NCBI GenBank assembly: GCA_045580125.1 | Contig: JAZNNE010000022.1 | Location: forward strand, 30 to 64,029 | Length of the DNA stretch: 64,000 nucleotides | Reading direction: 5' to 3' | From: Faecousia sp. | GTDB lineage: Bacteria > Bacillota > Clostridia > Oscillospirales > Oscillospiraceae | Shown: piece by piece, positions 1 through 9,667 of the stretch | Layout of the letters: every line of letters begins with the position of its first letter | Numbering within the stretch: position 1 is the stretch's first letter | Made by a program: the position numbers and the translations under genes | The notes under the pieces: generated by a model | Seen by the model: only the letters and a program-made list of their open reading frames with translations | Told to the model about the DNA's origin: nothing | Databases searched by the model: none

Positions 1-625
1 CCCGTTTGACATAGTGGTACAGAATGTCTTCCGTTTCCACAATTTTTTCTGCCTTCAGGCAGACCTTATAGGTCTGCATTTCGTCCTCGTAGACCTGTCC
101 TACGGGGAAACGGATATTTTGCCATAGTTCTTTGCGGTAAATTTTGCTCCAAAGCGCGACTTGATTTGTATAATCGCCACCCTGCTTGGTAAACATCCGC
201 CGCACAAAGCCTGCGCCATCCAGAAACTTCACACCATCGCTTCTGTCGCTTCCGTTTAAAGCAGAAGCACGATCATGCTGGCATTGGACAATGTCCGCGT
301 TATGAGTTTCTGCTAACGTCATCAGTCGCTGGAACATATCTTTTTCAACAATATCGTCAGAATCCACCCAACCGATATACTCGCCCTGCGCGGCATCCAA
401 GCCCGCATTTCGAGCGGCAGATACGCCGGCATTTTTCTGATGAATCACCCGCACGCGGCTATCCGCAGCAGCGAAAGCATCACACAGTTCTGCGCTGCCA
501 TCGCTGGCACCGTCATCCACCAATATCAATTCAAAATCCCGAAATGTCTGGTTGAGAACAGACTGCACCGTCTCCTCCAGCCATTGCCGCACATTATATA
601 CGGGGATGATAATGCTTAGTTTCAC
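1..625 (-). CDS. Glycosyltransferase family 2 (partial, runs off left edge; not in ORF track)
   Basis: Manual translation from GTG at 625: MKLSIIIPVYNVRQWLEETVQSVLNQTFRDFELILVDDGASDGS...AARNAGLDAAQGEYIGWVDSDD, a GT-A/GT2 N-terminus with a DxD motif. Confidence 0.9.
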   Translation of the reverse strand, partial: MKLSIIIPVYNVRQWLEETVQSVLNQTFRDFELILVDDGASDGSAELCDAFAAADSRVRVIHQKNAGVSAARNAGLDAAQGEYIGWVDSDDIVEKDMFQRLMTLAETHNADIVQCQHDRASALNGSDRSDGVKFLDGAGFVRRMFTKQGGDYTNQVALWSKIYRKELWQNIRFPVGQVYEDEMQTYKVCLKAEKIVETEDILYHYVKR

Positions 626-629
626 ACAA

Positions 630-1265
630 TCACTTCCAAGTTACATTCTCTCGAATAACCTTTGCGGGAACTCCGCCCACAATTGCATTGGCTGGCACAT
701 CTTTGGTAACCACAGCACCTGCTGCAACAACGGCATTATCACCAATGGTAACGCCCTTCAATATCGTGGCTCGTTGTCCGATCCAAACGTGGTCTCCTAT
801 GACCACCGGAGCTGTTTTCTCATAGCCGTCATATTGGATATCGTGGTCGTCACAATCTCGAATCAAAGCTCCATCAGCAATTGCAACACCGTCGCCAATA
901 GTAATGCTCTTGCTACACACAATTTGTGAATTGCTGTTTATGTATCCACTGCCTATACGTAATGATGCATTCTTGCGAACGATAACATAAGCATTGTCAC
1001 CAACAGAGAAACTGCCGGCAACAGCGATAGACGCATCCGCACCCATACCCAAGTACGACGGTCTGCAAAAGCCAACACCGCTACTGGCGCCAAACACAAA
1101 GTGTGCTTTCTTTCCTAACACAAATCTTGCTCTGGGAGAAATATTCAGCGTCGCTTTTCTGGACAGCTTTAACGGCATCCGATTCTCCGATTGATTGCTT
1201 CCCTTGGATAAATACCGGCGCGCTGTAAACACGCGATAATTTTTCAGAAGCTCTATTGCGTGCAT
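630..1265 (-). CDS. Hexapeptide-repeat (LbH) O-acyltransferase
   Basis: [49 protein letters not shown]; start moved to ATG 1265 (AGGTG RBS). Confidence 0.9.
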   Translation of the reverse strand: MHAIELLKNYRVFTARRYLSKGSNQSENRMPLKLSRKATLNISPRARFVLGKKAHFVFGASSGVGFCRPSYLGMGADASIAVAGSFSVGDNAYVIVRKNASLRIGSGYINSNSQIVCSKSITIGDGVAIADGALIRDCDDHDIQYDGYEKTAPVVIGDHVWIGQRATILKGVTIGDNAVVAAGAVVTKDVPANAIVGGVPAKVIRENVTWK

Positions 1266-1269
1266 AATA

Positions 1270-1875
1270 TCACCTGATCTCATTCAACAAATCTTCGTTA
1301 TCATCAATGGTTTTGATGACCTTAGCAGGATTGCCGACCACAACAACATTATCCGGCACATCCTTCGTCACAACGCTGCCGGCACCGATGATCACATTGC
1401 TGCCAATGGTGATGTCGCCTACCACCGTGGCATTCGCCGCCACATACACATTGTCGCCAAACACGGGGAAATCACCGTTGCGGCCGATGACCACACCGGG
1501 TCCTACCCGAAAGTTCTTGCCGGTCAGCTTAGGAAATACGACACAATGGTAGTGCGATACCATAAGCCCGCCACCAATACCGCCGTTGCCAAACTCGATT
1601 GTTTTCATCCGTGGCAGGAATATATCGTTCACGCCACACAGGAACTTGTGATGGCGCATCCGCAAATGAAATATGCTGCGGAATTCTTTTTTGGTCAGAA
1701 GACAGTAGTTCATAAGGAGCACAGGGGAGCTGTGCTCCTCTTTGAAGTGGTCCCACTTCAAATTTCGCGCCACATCCGCATCCACTAGCTCTTTAATAGG
1801 CTTTCCACTAAGTGTGTACAGCACGTCCGCCACCACGCAGCGCCACATTTTCAAATACAAACAAAATGTTTTCAT
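1270..1875 (-). CDS. Serine-acetyltransferase-like LbH acetyltransferase (polysaccharide O-acetylation)
   Basis: [47 protein letters not shown]; lies inside the polysaccharide operon. Confidence 0.85.
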   Translation of the reverse strand: MKTFCLYLKMWRCVVADVLYTLSGKPIKELVDADVARNLKWDHFKEEHSSPVLLMNYCLLTKKEFRSIFHLRMRHHKFLCGVNDIFLPRMKTIEFGNGGIGGGLMVSHYHCVVFPKLTGKNFRVGPGVVIGRNGDFPVFGDNVYVAANATVVGDITIGSNVIIGAGSVVTKDVPDNVVVVGNPAKVIKTIDDNEDLLNEIR

Positions 1876-1904
1876 ATGTATTCCCTTCCGGATTTGGTAT
1901 CATC

Positions 1905-2678
1905 TTACTTGCCCAGTTTCTTTTTCAGCTTTTCCATAGCATCATCGCCAAATACTTTGCGAAATGCCTTCTGGGGCAAAATTTTAACCTGCTCCCACGC
2001 GCGATACCAGCCTCTCTGATGCCGCTTCACACGAGCAAAATCCTTCTTCGCCTTCTCGGTGCGCCAAGTCATTGCCCAGTGATGGAGAGCCACAGTATCG
2101 GGACCCGTTTTATCTTCTATACTGACGCAACTGGTAGGGCAAAAGTAGGTCTGTGGATATACGACCACATTTCCTAGTTCCTGATAGCTGTCATCCAGTT
2201 TCAGCCCCCGCTCCAGTAGGATGTCTGTCATCCAGTTGGTGTTGGGCTTGATGTCCTCGCCGTCGGCAGTTAAAAACGACTTTTCTTTATAGTAAGAAAG
2301 CATTTGCTGCATCACAGGATGGTCTTTTTCTGTTCCAATTACGCCGGCACTGATATTTGTAGCATCCATAAAGCCCAAAAATGCGCTATGCTGCATAAAC
2401 GGCTCTAACGGTTTGATCAGTTCCTGATCTGTGTCCAAATAAACACCGCCCTGGCGGCACAATACCAAAATACGCACATAATCTGCTACAAACGCATATT
2501 TCTTGGCTTCATAGGCCTGCTTAGTCCAAAGTGTGGAGTTGACATCAAAATTATCCTCATTCCACTCGACAATCTCCCAATCCGGGCAAAATTTCTTCCA
2601 GCTCTTGATGCACGTTTTCATCAGCTTTGGCATTTCGCCCCTGCCAAACCAGCAGTAATGAATAATCTTGGGAATCAC
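1905..2678 (-). CDS. GT32-type DxD glycosyltransferase
   Basis: MIPKIIHYCWFG...AFVADYVR...GGVYLDTD signature. Confidence 0.9.
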   Translation of the reverse strand: MIPKIIHYCWFGRGEMPKLMKTCIKSWKKFCPDWEIVEWNEDNFDVNSTLWTKQAYEAKKYAFVADYVRILVLCRQGGVYLDTDQELIKPLEPFMQHSAFLGFMDATNISAGVIGTEKDHPVMQQMLSYYKEKSFLTADGEDIKPNTNWMTDILLERGLKLDDSYQELGNVVVYPQTYFCPTSCVSIEDKTGPDTVALHHWAMTWRTEKAKKDFARVKRHQRGWYRAWEQVKILPQKAFRKVFGDDAMEKLKKKLGK

Positions 2679-3232
2679 TCCATTCCCTCCTTGCGGTATC
2701 GAATAACCCGCGCCGGCACACCGCCAACAATGGCGTACTCCGGAACATCTTTTGTAACAACGGCGCCGGCGGCAACTACACTATGGCTGTGAATATGAAC
2801 ATCTGCCAAAATCGTTACCCGGTCACCAATCCATACGTCATCGTCGATAATAATTTGGCTGGCACGGGTAAACCCTTGTTCTATCATTGGAATATCTGTT
2901 CTATCGAACGCATGGTTTCTTGGAATGGTTAGCAATTGTCTGCCAATCATAACATCATTGCCAACAACCGTATTTCCGCCGATAATCGATCCTTCACCGA
3001 AGCCAGAGCGATCTCCTAAGGAAATCCCACCCCAGCGCAGTTGTACATTTTTCTCAATGCTAACATTCTTTCCGCAGTTGTCTAGCAAAAACCGTGCGCA
3101 CCACGCTCTAAACTTCTTGGGAAAATTCGTTCTTGCAACGTCTGAAGACGGTAACTTTGATGCCCAAGAATAATACAAGAAATGTGCAAGCTTATGTACA
3201 AACCGTGCTTTCATTTTTTTGAGCATTACCAT
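2675..3232 (-). CDS. LbH acetyltransferase (maltose/galactoside O-acetyltransferase-like)
   Basis: [47 protein letters not shown]; start moved to 3232 (GGAGGAG RBS; 3226 also possible). Confidence 0.88.
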   Translation of the reverse strand: MVMLKKMKARFVHKLAHFLYYSWASKLPSSDVARTNFPKKFRAWCARFLLDNCGKNVSIEKNVQLRWGGISLGDRSGFGEGSIIGGNTVVGNDVMIGRQLLTIPRNHAFDRTDIPMIEQGFTRASQIIIDDDVWIGDRVTILADVHIHSHSVVAAGAVVTKDVPEYAIVGGVPARVIRYRKEGME

Positions 3233-4215
3233 TTCTCCTCCAAATACTGTGCACCGTGCACCTGCATATAGAATCTTCTGGCAATTTTCGGACTTATCCG
3301 AAACAGCATATATGCGAGTTTTTCTCGTGCACAAAGCCCTCCTGCCCGAATATATCGAGGGTACAGTTTTCGATACATTTTGACATAAGGCTTAATTTCT
3401 TTCTTGAGTTCCGGTTTTTCCTCCTGCACTCGGTAGTAATATTGCAGTACCCGCATCAGGAATTCCTTCTGGAAATGGGCAGCTTGTTTGCTTCCCCTTT
3501 CTAAAAAGAATTCCGCTTGATATCGACGCGAATCGATAATCGCAAAACTTTTAGCTGTTAAACCGGCGCGGGTTACACTGTCACGTGTTTCTCTCCAATA
3601 ATATAGCCGTTCACCACTCTTTGCGATTTTCTTAGATCGCTCAAGAATGTGCGGGAGCGACATAGAGTCTTCGTCAATATGTCCTTCCGGAATTCGCAGG
3701 CCGTCGAACACCTGTTTTTTGAACAGCTTCATACAAAGAGAGATTAGGCTGACTTTCCGGCAGTGTTCTGCAAAATTCGCCAGCATTTCCGTGCCATTGA
3801 GCAGCTCATACTCCAGCTGCGGCTCGCCGTTAAACCATTCTCCTTCTTCCGCAAAGAAGTCATAATAGCACATCGCAAAATCCGCATCTGTTTTTTGCTG
3901 CAACGCCAGCAGAAACTCCAGATACTGAGGGTGCACACAGTCGTCGCCGTCGATAAAGGCGATAAAATCGCCTTTTGCTACATCCAGACCGGCATTGCGG
4001 GCGGTGGCTGCACCGCCGTTTTCCTTGTGAATCACCCGAATACGGGTATCCGTTGCAGCCAATGCGTCGCAGATCTCACCGCTGCGGTCAGGGCTGCCAT
4101 CCTCCACCAAGATCAGCTCAAAATCGCCGTAGGTCTGGGCAAGAATGCTCCTAACGCAGCTTTCTATGTACTTTTCCGCCTTATAAACCGGCACAATCAC
4201 GCTGATCGTTGGCAT
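3226..4215 (-). CDS. Glycosyltransferase family 2
   Basis: MPTISVIVPVYK...ILVEDGSPD...ARNAGLDVAKGDFIAFIDGDD. Confidence 0.92.
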   Translation of the reverse strand: MPTISVIVPVYKAEKYIESCVRSILAQTYGDFELILVEDGSPDRSGEICDALAATDTRIRVIHKENGGAATARNAGLDVAKGDFIAFIDGDDCVHPQYLEFLLALQQKTDADFAMCYYDFFAEEGEWFNGEPQLEYELLNGTEMLANFAEHCRKVSLISLCMKLFKKQVFDGLRIPEGHIDEDSMSLPHILERSKKIAKSGERLYYWRETRDSVTRAGLTAKSFAIIDSRRYQAEFFLERGSKQAAHFQKEFLMRVLQYYYRVQEEKPELKKEIKPYVKMYRKLYPRYIRAGGLCAREKLAYMLFRISPKIARRFYMQVHGAQYLEEKW

Positions 4216-4217
4216 AC

Positions 4218-5180
4218 TTATTTCCCCCAACCGAGTTTTTTCAATACCGCCTGACAGTACAGATAAGATGTCGTTAGTCTTGGATAGAATCGCTTATAGA
4301 TCCACATATCTTTCTCGCCCACAAACACCTTGTCAGCGCGGTATTTGCGCAGAATTTTTCTGCCCCACTTTTCCAGTGTCCGAATCCCCTTCGCGTCAGG
4401 CTTTTCCATATCGGCAATCAGATTCAGTTGCCCCAGAATATTCTTCATAAATTCCCGGATGCGCCAACACCGCAATTGGGTATTTCCCCGCTGCGTAAAA
4501 TATTCGATCTGCTCCACAAACGCCTGCAGCACATCCAAACGCTTAACGGACCAACCAGATCGGATAATGCTTTTTCTATTGCAAAAATAGCCATATAATT
4601 CAGCGTCAAGGACGGCAATTTTTTCGCAGTCGAACAAAATCCGATAGGTTACAAATTCGTCCTCGTGAAGCCTTCCCACGGGATACGGCAACACCACACC
4701 GCTGTGGTAGAGCTTGCCCCAGGCAACCGTAGCATTTACATGGCGTTTGAGATACAAATCCTCAGCACCCCAAAGTCTTGCCGTCAAGTCCGGATCGTCT
4801 TCCAGAGGCTCTCCGTCAGTTCCCTTGAAGCCGCAAACGCTTATCTTAACATTGTGCGCCTGCACAGCATCGTACAGCGCCTGCAGCATCGCGGGATGGA
4901 TATAATCATCGGAGTCAATAAAGCTGATCCACTCTCCGCAGGAAGCCTCAAAGCCCACATTTCGGGCATCGGACAAGCCGCCGTTTTCCTTGTGAATCAC
5001 CTTGATGCGGATATCCTTCTCCGCCCACGCATCGCAAATCGCAGGACAGTTGTCTGGGCTTCCGTCATCTACCAAAATCAATTCAAAATCTGTAAATGTT
5101 TGTGATAAAATGCTCTCTACACACCGGTCTAGGTAGTCCTCTACCTTATATACCGGCACGATCACGCTAATTGTTGGCAT
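4218..5180 (-). CDS. Glycosyltransferase family 2
   Basis: MPTISVIVPVYKVEDYL...ILVDDGSPD...ARNVG...SFIDSDD. Confidence 0.92.
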   Translation of the reverse strand: MPTISVIVPVYKVEDYLDRCVESILSQTFTDFELILVDDGSPDNCPAICDAWAEKDIRIKVIHKENGGLSDARNVGFEASCGEWISFIDSDDYIHPAMLQALYDAVQAHNVKISVCGFKGTDGEPLEDDPDLTARLWGAEDLYLKRHVNATVAWGKLYHSGVVLPYPVGRLHEDEFVTYRILFDCEKIAVLDAELYGYFCNRKSIIRSGWSVKRLDVLQAFVEQIEYFTQRGNTQLRCWRIREFMKNILGQLNLIADMEKPDAKGIRTLEKWGRKILRKYRADKVFVGEKDMWIYKRFYPRLTTSYLYCQAVLKKLGWGK

Positions 5181-5181
5181 T

Positions 5182-6432
5182 CTAAAATCCCTTTCGTACT
5201 AGGCGTTTTATCTTATCATATCCTTGGGATCCCAATAACTTAATTGCAATTCGATTGGGCAATATTCTCAACGCATATAAATCCTGCTGTTTATGCCTTT
5301 TTTTTAGATTCGGATGATATTGTTTTTCTCTCGGCTCAGGGTACAAATACTTTTCAATAATATTTGAAAACCCCATTTCTCTGTAATCTCTCCAGAACTG
5401 CTCCCTTCTTTCTGATGGAGCAAAGCACTTGTTAAGCGCCGGATTTCCATTTACCGCTTCCTCTAATGGGCGACTAAAAATACAGAGCTGTCTCCTAACG
5501 TTTTGAAAAATATGTTCTCCATTTTCCGTATTTAGCATAACCATAGAGATTCCCTTGTCGTTATCGCGGTCTGCACGGCAGGTATCCATATATCCCCAAA
5601 AATCCGCAAGGGTAATATCCGCCACACGGCTTGTTCCTGCATAATTGCATTGGTGGCAACTGGGGCGCAAAAACAGTTCTCTCAAAAAGCCACGAATAAA
5701 TGGATCTTCATATGTATCGGCCTTATAGATTTTTTCATTCTCAAATACTATTTTCATGCCAAACACATACCAGCCAGGTTCTTTATTTCGAAAATACACT
5801 TTCTTTGCCCTGGCCCCATACTTGTCCTGAACATAATCAAGGTAATCCTTGAAAACCTTTGGTGATGGTACTCCGTGGCACACCAAATCGATAGTAAACA
5901 GCTGCCCTTCATACCGGTCTCCCAGATATGCGTACAGTCCATCAATTTGGCACGCTGTTCCAGAATACAAGACTTTCTTTCCCTCGGTTAAGCACAGCTT
6001 TACCTCTTGAAAAGTATATCCGATGTCACTTTGTACATACTTAGACCCGCGAAGTTCTTCCAGCGCCTTAATCGTCTCGACCTTTTTATGTACCACTTTT
6101 AGGTCGTTATCAAAGCCGGCTCCAAAAATAACGCCATCTTGTAATAGTATCCACTGTGCCAATGCCGAGAATGCGCCACCGGATGTGCTCATTTTGCGAA
6201 GCTTTTTATTCTTTAGCCAGCACGCATATACTTTTTTCTCTCGCTGTGATCTTGCAACCTCATTGATACGAGGACATATTTTGCGACACTTTCCACACTG
6301 TATACACTTTTCATTATTAATAACTGGGCGAATGAACCCCTCGTCATCAGGATAGCTTTGGATTGCATCAACAGGGCATACATTCTTACATGCCATGCAT
6401 CCTGTGCACGCAACCTTGTCGCACAGCAACAT
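5182..6432 (-). CDS. 4Fe-4S protein with coenzyme F420 hydrogenase/dehydrogenase beta-subunit (FrhB)-like domain
   Basis: CTGCMACKNVCP and CIQCGKCRKICP ferredoxin motifs, STSGGAFSALA, LRGSKYVQS, SGTACQIDGL, IDLVCHGVPS, FLRPSCHQC. Confidence 0.85.
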   Translation of the reverse strand: MLLCDKVACTGCMACKNVCPVDAIQSYPDDEGFIRPVINNEKCIQCGKCRKICPRINEVARSQREKKVYACWLKNKKLRKMSTSGGAFSALAQWILLQDGVIFGAGFDNDLKVVHKKVETIKALEELRGSKYVQSDIGYTFQEVKLCLTEGKKVLYSGTACQIDGLYAYLGDRYEGQLFTIDLVCHGVPSPKVFKDYLDYVQDKYGARAKKVYFRNKEPGWYVFGMKIVFENEKIYKADTYEDPFIRGFLRELFLRPSCHQCNYAGTSRVADITLADFWGYMDTCRADRDNDKGISMVMLNTENGEHIFQNVRRQLCIFSRPLEEAVNGNPALNKCFAPSERREQFWRDYREMGFSNIIEKYLYPEPREKQYHPNLKKRHKQQDLYALRILPNRIAIKLLGSQGYDKIKRLVRKGF

Positions 6433-6437
6433 CTACA

Positions 6438-7493
6438 TCACTCCTCGATCCGTTTCCGCAGGTCGGCATAATAATTCTCAATAAAATATGGTGGCAAACA
6501 GTACTCATAGGACGAGCTATAGATGCGTTTCACCTGTGTGCTTACATTGTCAATCTCCGGTTCATAGCAGACATAGTCTCTGAAACTTTCCGGAAACCAT
6601 TTTACTCCAGAGCTTAATTTGTGGTCTGTCGACGAGATCACTACCACCGGCGTACCAGCAATCAAGGAAAAAATCGTACCATGATATCGGTCTGTCACAA
6701 TTGCTCGATATCCAGCATATTCCTCCCACATCTGAGACAGGATTTTTCCCCGTTTTTTACGCACCCGATCCATATTCATAGAAATAGTCGTGTCAGACAC
6801 AGCCACTGTGTCTATCGTCTCTAATTCATTTTTAAGCGCTCTGATTTGTTCCGCAGAATAAAGCGCTTCTTTATCATTTCGCAAACAAAGAAGGATCCCT
6901 TTTCTTTCCTTCTTATAATGCTTAACGCCAATCATTGTTGTTACAACATCTGGCATCAACAATTTTCTGCACTTAGGAAACATCTCCTGTGCAGTCTCAT
7001 AGGACACCTCATCTCGGCACATTATTAGCAGATTCGGATGTTTGTTATAAATATTGCACGATTTTTCTTTCTCCTTCTCAGTCTGATAGAAAATCGTTTG
7101 CGGCAGAATAACCACTTGCCTATCCTGAAACAGCTGGATTGTCATACGTTGCATATTTTCTTCCAACATATATAAATCCGTAGTGTGATACCCGCTATGA
7201 AGAAACACTTTATCACACCGATTACAGAATCTGCGGATTTTTCTTAGGAGTGCAAAATCCCACCGTATCAAGTCTGTCGTTTCATATAGCCTAACTCGGT
7301 ATCCTGGATAGGACTTTTTCAACCACTTTTCTATGCAATAACTTTGCGCGTTATCTCCCATATTCGTGTGAAAAGGCGCTCCAAATACAAATATATTTTT
7401 ACAACTCTTTACCTTCATCCAAAACCATAGCAAACCCAATCGGTAATGTGCAGAAATATTAACTTTTTTCCACAAATCGCTTATTTTGTCCAT
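6438..7493 (-). CDS. Polysaccharide pyruvyltransferase family protein
   Basis: HTNMGD, LPQT, IMCRDEVS, MPDVV, IVTDRYHGTIFSLIAGTP motifs. Confidence 0.85.
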   Translation of the reverse strand: MDKISDLWKKVNISAHYRLGLLWFWMKVKSCKNIFVFGAPFHTNMGDNAQSYCIEKWLKKSYPGYRVRLYETTDLIRWDFALLRKIRRFCNRCDKVFLHSGYHTTDLYMLEENMQRMTIQLFQDRQVVILPQTIFYQTEKEKEKSCNIYNKHPNLLIMCRDEVSYETAQEMFPKCRKLLMPDVVTTMIGVKHYKKERKGILLCLRNDKEALYSAEQIRALKNELETIDTVAVSDTTISMNMDRVRKKRGKILSQMWEEYAGYRAIVTDRYHGTIFSLIAGTPVVVISSTDHKLSSGVKWFPESFRDYVCYEPEIDNVSTQVKRIYSSSYEYCLPPYFIENYYADLRKRIEE

Positions 7494-7505
7494 ACATAAA
7501 CCCAC

Positions 7506-8780
7506 TTATTGCTCGACATGAATTTCAGGAAACATAACATATCCCCACCAACTGTGTTGCCATACCATCGAATTATTGTCTTCTGCAGAAATAAGTTTTT
7601 CAAAAGCAAACGCCGATTCTACAACGTCGTGTAGTTGGTTGTGTCCGTATTCATTCACAGAGTAAGCCACCAAATCCACAAAATATTTTCCCGGTGCCAA
7701 CCAAGCCATAGGTAAAGAAAGCCTGACGTTATTCTCACCCTCTTGCACTGCTATGCAAGGCTTTGTCGTTGCCATACCTGCTCTTGCATCATCCGCAGAG
7801 TGGATTGTCATCCTGAACGTTATCCCCTTCGCGCTACATTTCGATGTTAGTCCTATACACATTTGAATATCCTCTCCTTGGTAGAAAATCGGATATTCGT
7901 CCCTATTCAAAATATGTACGCAATCAATACATATCTTTCCGTCAATATCTTTCCGCTTACGTTCAGTACCACATTTATTGATCAAACTCAACTGTGCAGC
8001 ATTGTCCATATAGAGCGCAATTGCTTCCTCCACATCCCCATCAAAGATGATTCTGCCCTTATCCAGCACGATGCAGCGGTCGCAGAGCTTGCGGATGGTA
8101 TTCATATTGTGAGAAACGTACAGAACAGTCTTGCCCTGGACGGTAGCGGCGTCACGCATCTTGTCCAAGCACTTCTTCTGGAACGCCATATCACCCACCG
8201 CCAGCACTTCGTCCATGATCATAATCTCGCTGTCCAAATGAGCAGCCACGGAGAACGCCAGCTTGACGTACATACCGGAAGAATACCGCTTTACCGGAGT
8301 GTCGATAAAATCCCGCACCTCGGAAAACTCGATAATATCCTCCATTTTGGCGTCGATCTCCGCCTTAGTCATACCCAAAATCGCGCCGTTCATATAGATA
8401 TTCTCGCGACCGGTCATTTCCGGGCTAAAACCGGTACCCACCTCCAGCATAGAGGCGATCCGGCCGTAAATATCCACGCTGCCCTTGGTAGGCGCCGTGA
8501 TTCGGGACAAGATCTTCAGCATGGTAGACTTACCGGCGCCGTTGCCGCCGATAATGCCCACAGCTTCGCCCTGCTTGATCTGAAGATCAATGCCGTTCAG
8601 TGCCCAGAAGCGCTGACCCAGCAGCCGCTGATCGGTGCCGATCTTGGAGTTGGGGTCTTCCTTATGGCGAACGCGCGCCCACCAGCTCTGCAGGTCGGCA
8701 GTCAGCGTGCCGCCGCCGATCTGACCCAAGCGGTACTCTTTTTTCAGACCCTTTATTTTAATTGCAAGTTGTTCACTCAT
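7506..8780 (-). CDS. wzt: Polysaccharide ABC transporter ATPase with C-terminal Wzt_C domain
   Basis: Walker A GGNGAGKST, YSSGMYVKLAFSVA signature, IMDEVLAVGD Walker B, then a ~170-aa beta-rich C-terminus. Confidence 0.93.
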   Translation of the reverse strand: MSEQLAIKIKGLKKEYRLGQIGGGTLTADLQSWWARVRHKEDPNSKIGTDQRLLGQRFWALNGIDLQIKQGEAVGIIGGNGAGKSTMLKILSRITAPTKGSVDIYGRIASMLEVGTGFSPEMTGRENIYMNGAILGMTKAEIDAKMEDIIEFSEVRDFIDTPVKRYSSGMYVKLAFSVAAHLDSEIMIMDEVLAVGDMAFQKKCLDKMRDAATVQGKTVLYVSHNMNTIRKLCDRCIVLDKGRIIFDGDVEEAIALYMDNAAQLSLINKCGTERKRKDIDGKICIDCVHILNRDEYPIFYQGEDIQMCIGLTSKCSAKGITFRMTIHSADDARAGMATTKPCIAVQEGENNVRLSLPMAWLAPGKYFVDLVAYSVNEYGHNQLHDVVESAFAFEKLISAEDNNSMVWQHSWWGYVMFPEIHVEQ

Positions 8781-8789
8781 TTTCTTACC

Positions 8790-9644
8790 TCACACCGTAT
8801 CCATAAAGGTCTTTTCCACGCGGCTGAAGATAATAACGCCCAACGTTACCACAACCGCCATCACGCCCAAGCTGATGCCCCAATACATCAGATTCAGGTC
8901 GCCCTGACCCAAGAATGCCCAACGGAAGGTCTCCGCAGCGCAGGTTACGGGGTTGAGCATCACGGCCTTGTACAGACCGCCGTTGCCAAGCTCTGAGGCA
9001 GGATACACCACAGGCGTAATGTACATCCACAGCTGAATGCCAAAGCCCACCAGCATGGACAAGTCGCGGTACTTGGTGGTCAGGCTGGAAATAATAATGC
9101 CGAAGCCCAGACCCAGCAGACCTAAGTAAACGATGATCACCGGCAGTGTTGCAATACCAGCATAGTTTGGTGCGATTTTGTTGGTAGCAATGAAGTACAC
9201 CCAGAAAATCAGGAACATCGCCAGTTGAATAAAGAAATTCAGCACACTGAACAGTACTGTAGAAATCGGGCTGACCAATCTGGGGAAATAGACCTTACCA
9301 AACACACCTGAATTTCCGGTAAAGGTATTCGCGGTGCCGTTCAGGCAGGCTGCAAAGAAGCTCCAAACCACATTGCCGCCCATATAGAATAAGATTGGGG
9401 GCACGCCGTCGGTAGAGATTTCAGCGATGCCGCCGAATACCAAGGTATGGATCAAGGTGGTCAGGAGGGGCTGAATGATGGCCCACAGCGGTCCCAAAAC
9501 CGTCTGCTTATAGCGCACCACAAAGCTGCGCTTGGTAAACAGCCAGATCAGGTCGCGATAACGCCACACTTCCTTCAGATTGATGTCAAACCATCCGTTT
9601 TTCGGCTCTAAGTGGGTATGGTATTGCTTGCTTAAATCGCTCAT
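8790..9644 (-). CDS. wzm: Polysaccharide ABC transporter permease
   Basis: RYKQTVLGPLWAIIQP, VYFPRL, YRDL, MYITPVVYP, LNP motifs; six hydrophobic segments; adjacent to wzt. Confidence 0.93.
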   Translation of the reverse strand: MSDLSKQYHTHLEPKNGWFDINLKEVWRYRDLIWLFTKRSFVVRYKQTVLGPLWAIIQPLLTTLIHTLVFGGIAEISTDGVPPILFYMGGNVVWSFFAACLNGTANTFTGNSGVFGKVYFPRLVSPISTVLFSVLNFFIQLAMFLIFWVYFIATNKIAPNYAGIATLPVIIVYLGLLGLGFGIIISSLTTKYRDLSMLVGFGIQLWMYITPVVYPASELGNGGLYKAVMLNPVTCAAETFRWAFLGQGDLNLMYWGISLGVMAVVVTLGVIIFSRVEKTFMDTV

Positions 9645-9667
9645 AATACTCGTCTTCCTTTACATTT

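Noticed and set aside
5182-6432. Methanogen-type F420-reducing hydrogenase
   Set aside because: No large or small hydrogenase subunits or maturation genes; the context is polysaccharide synthesis.
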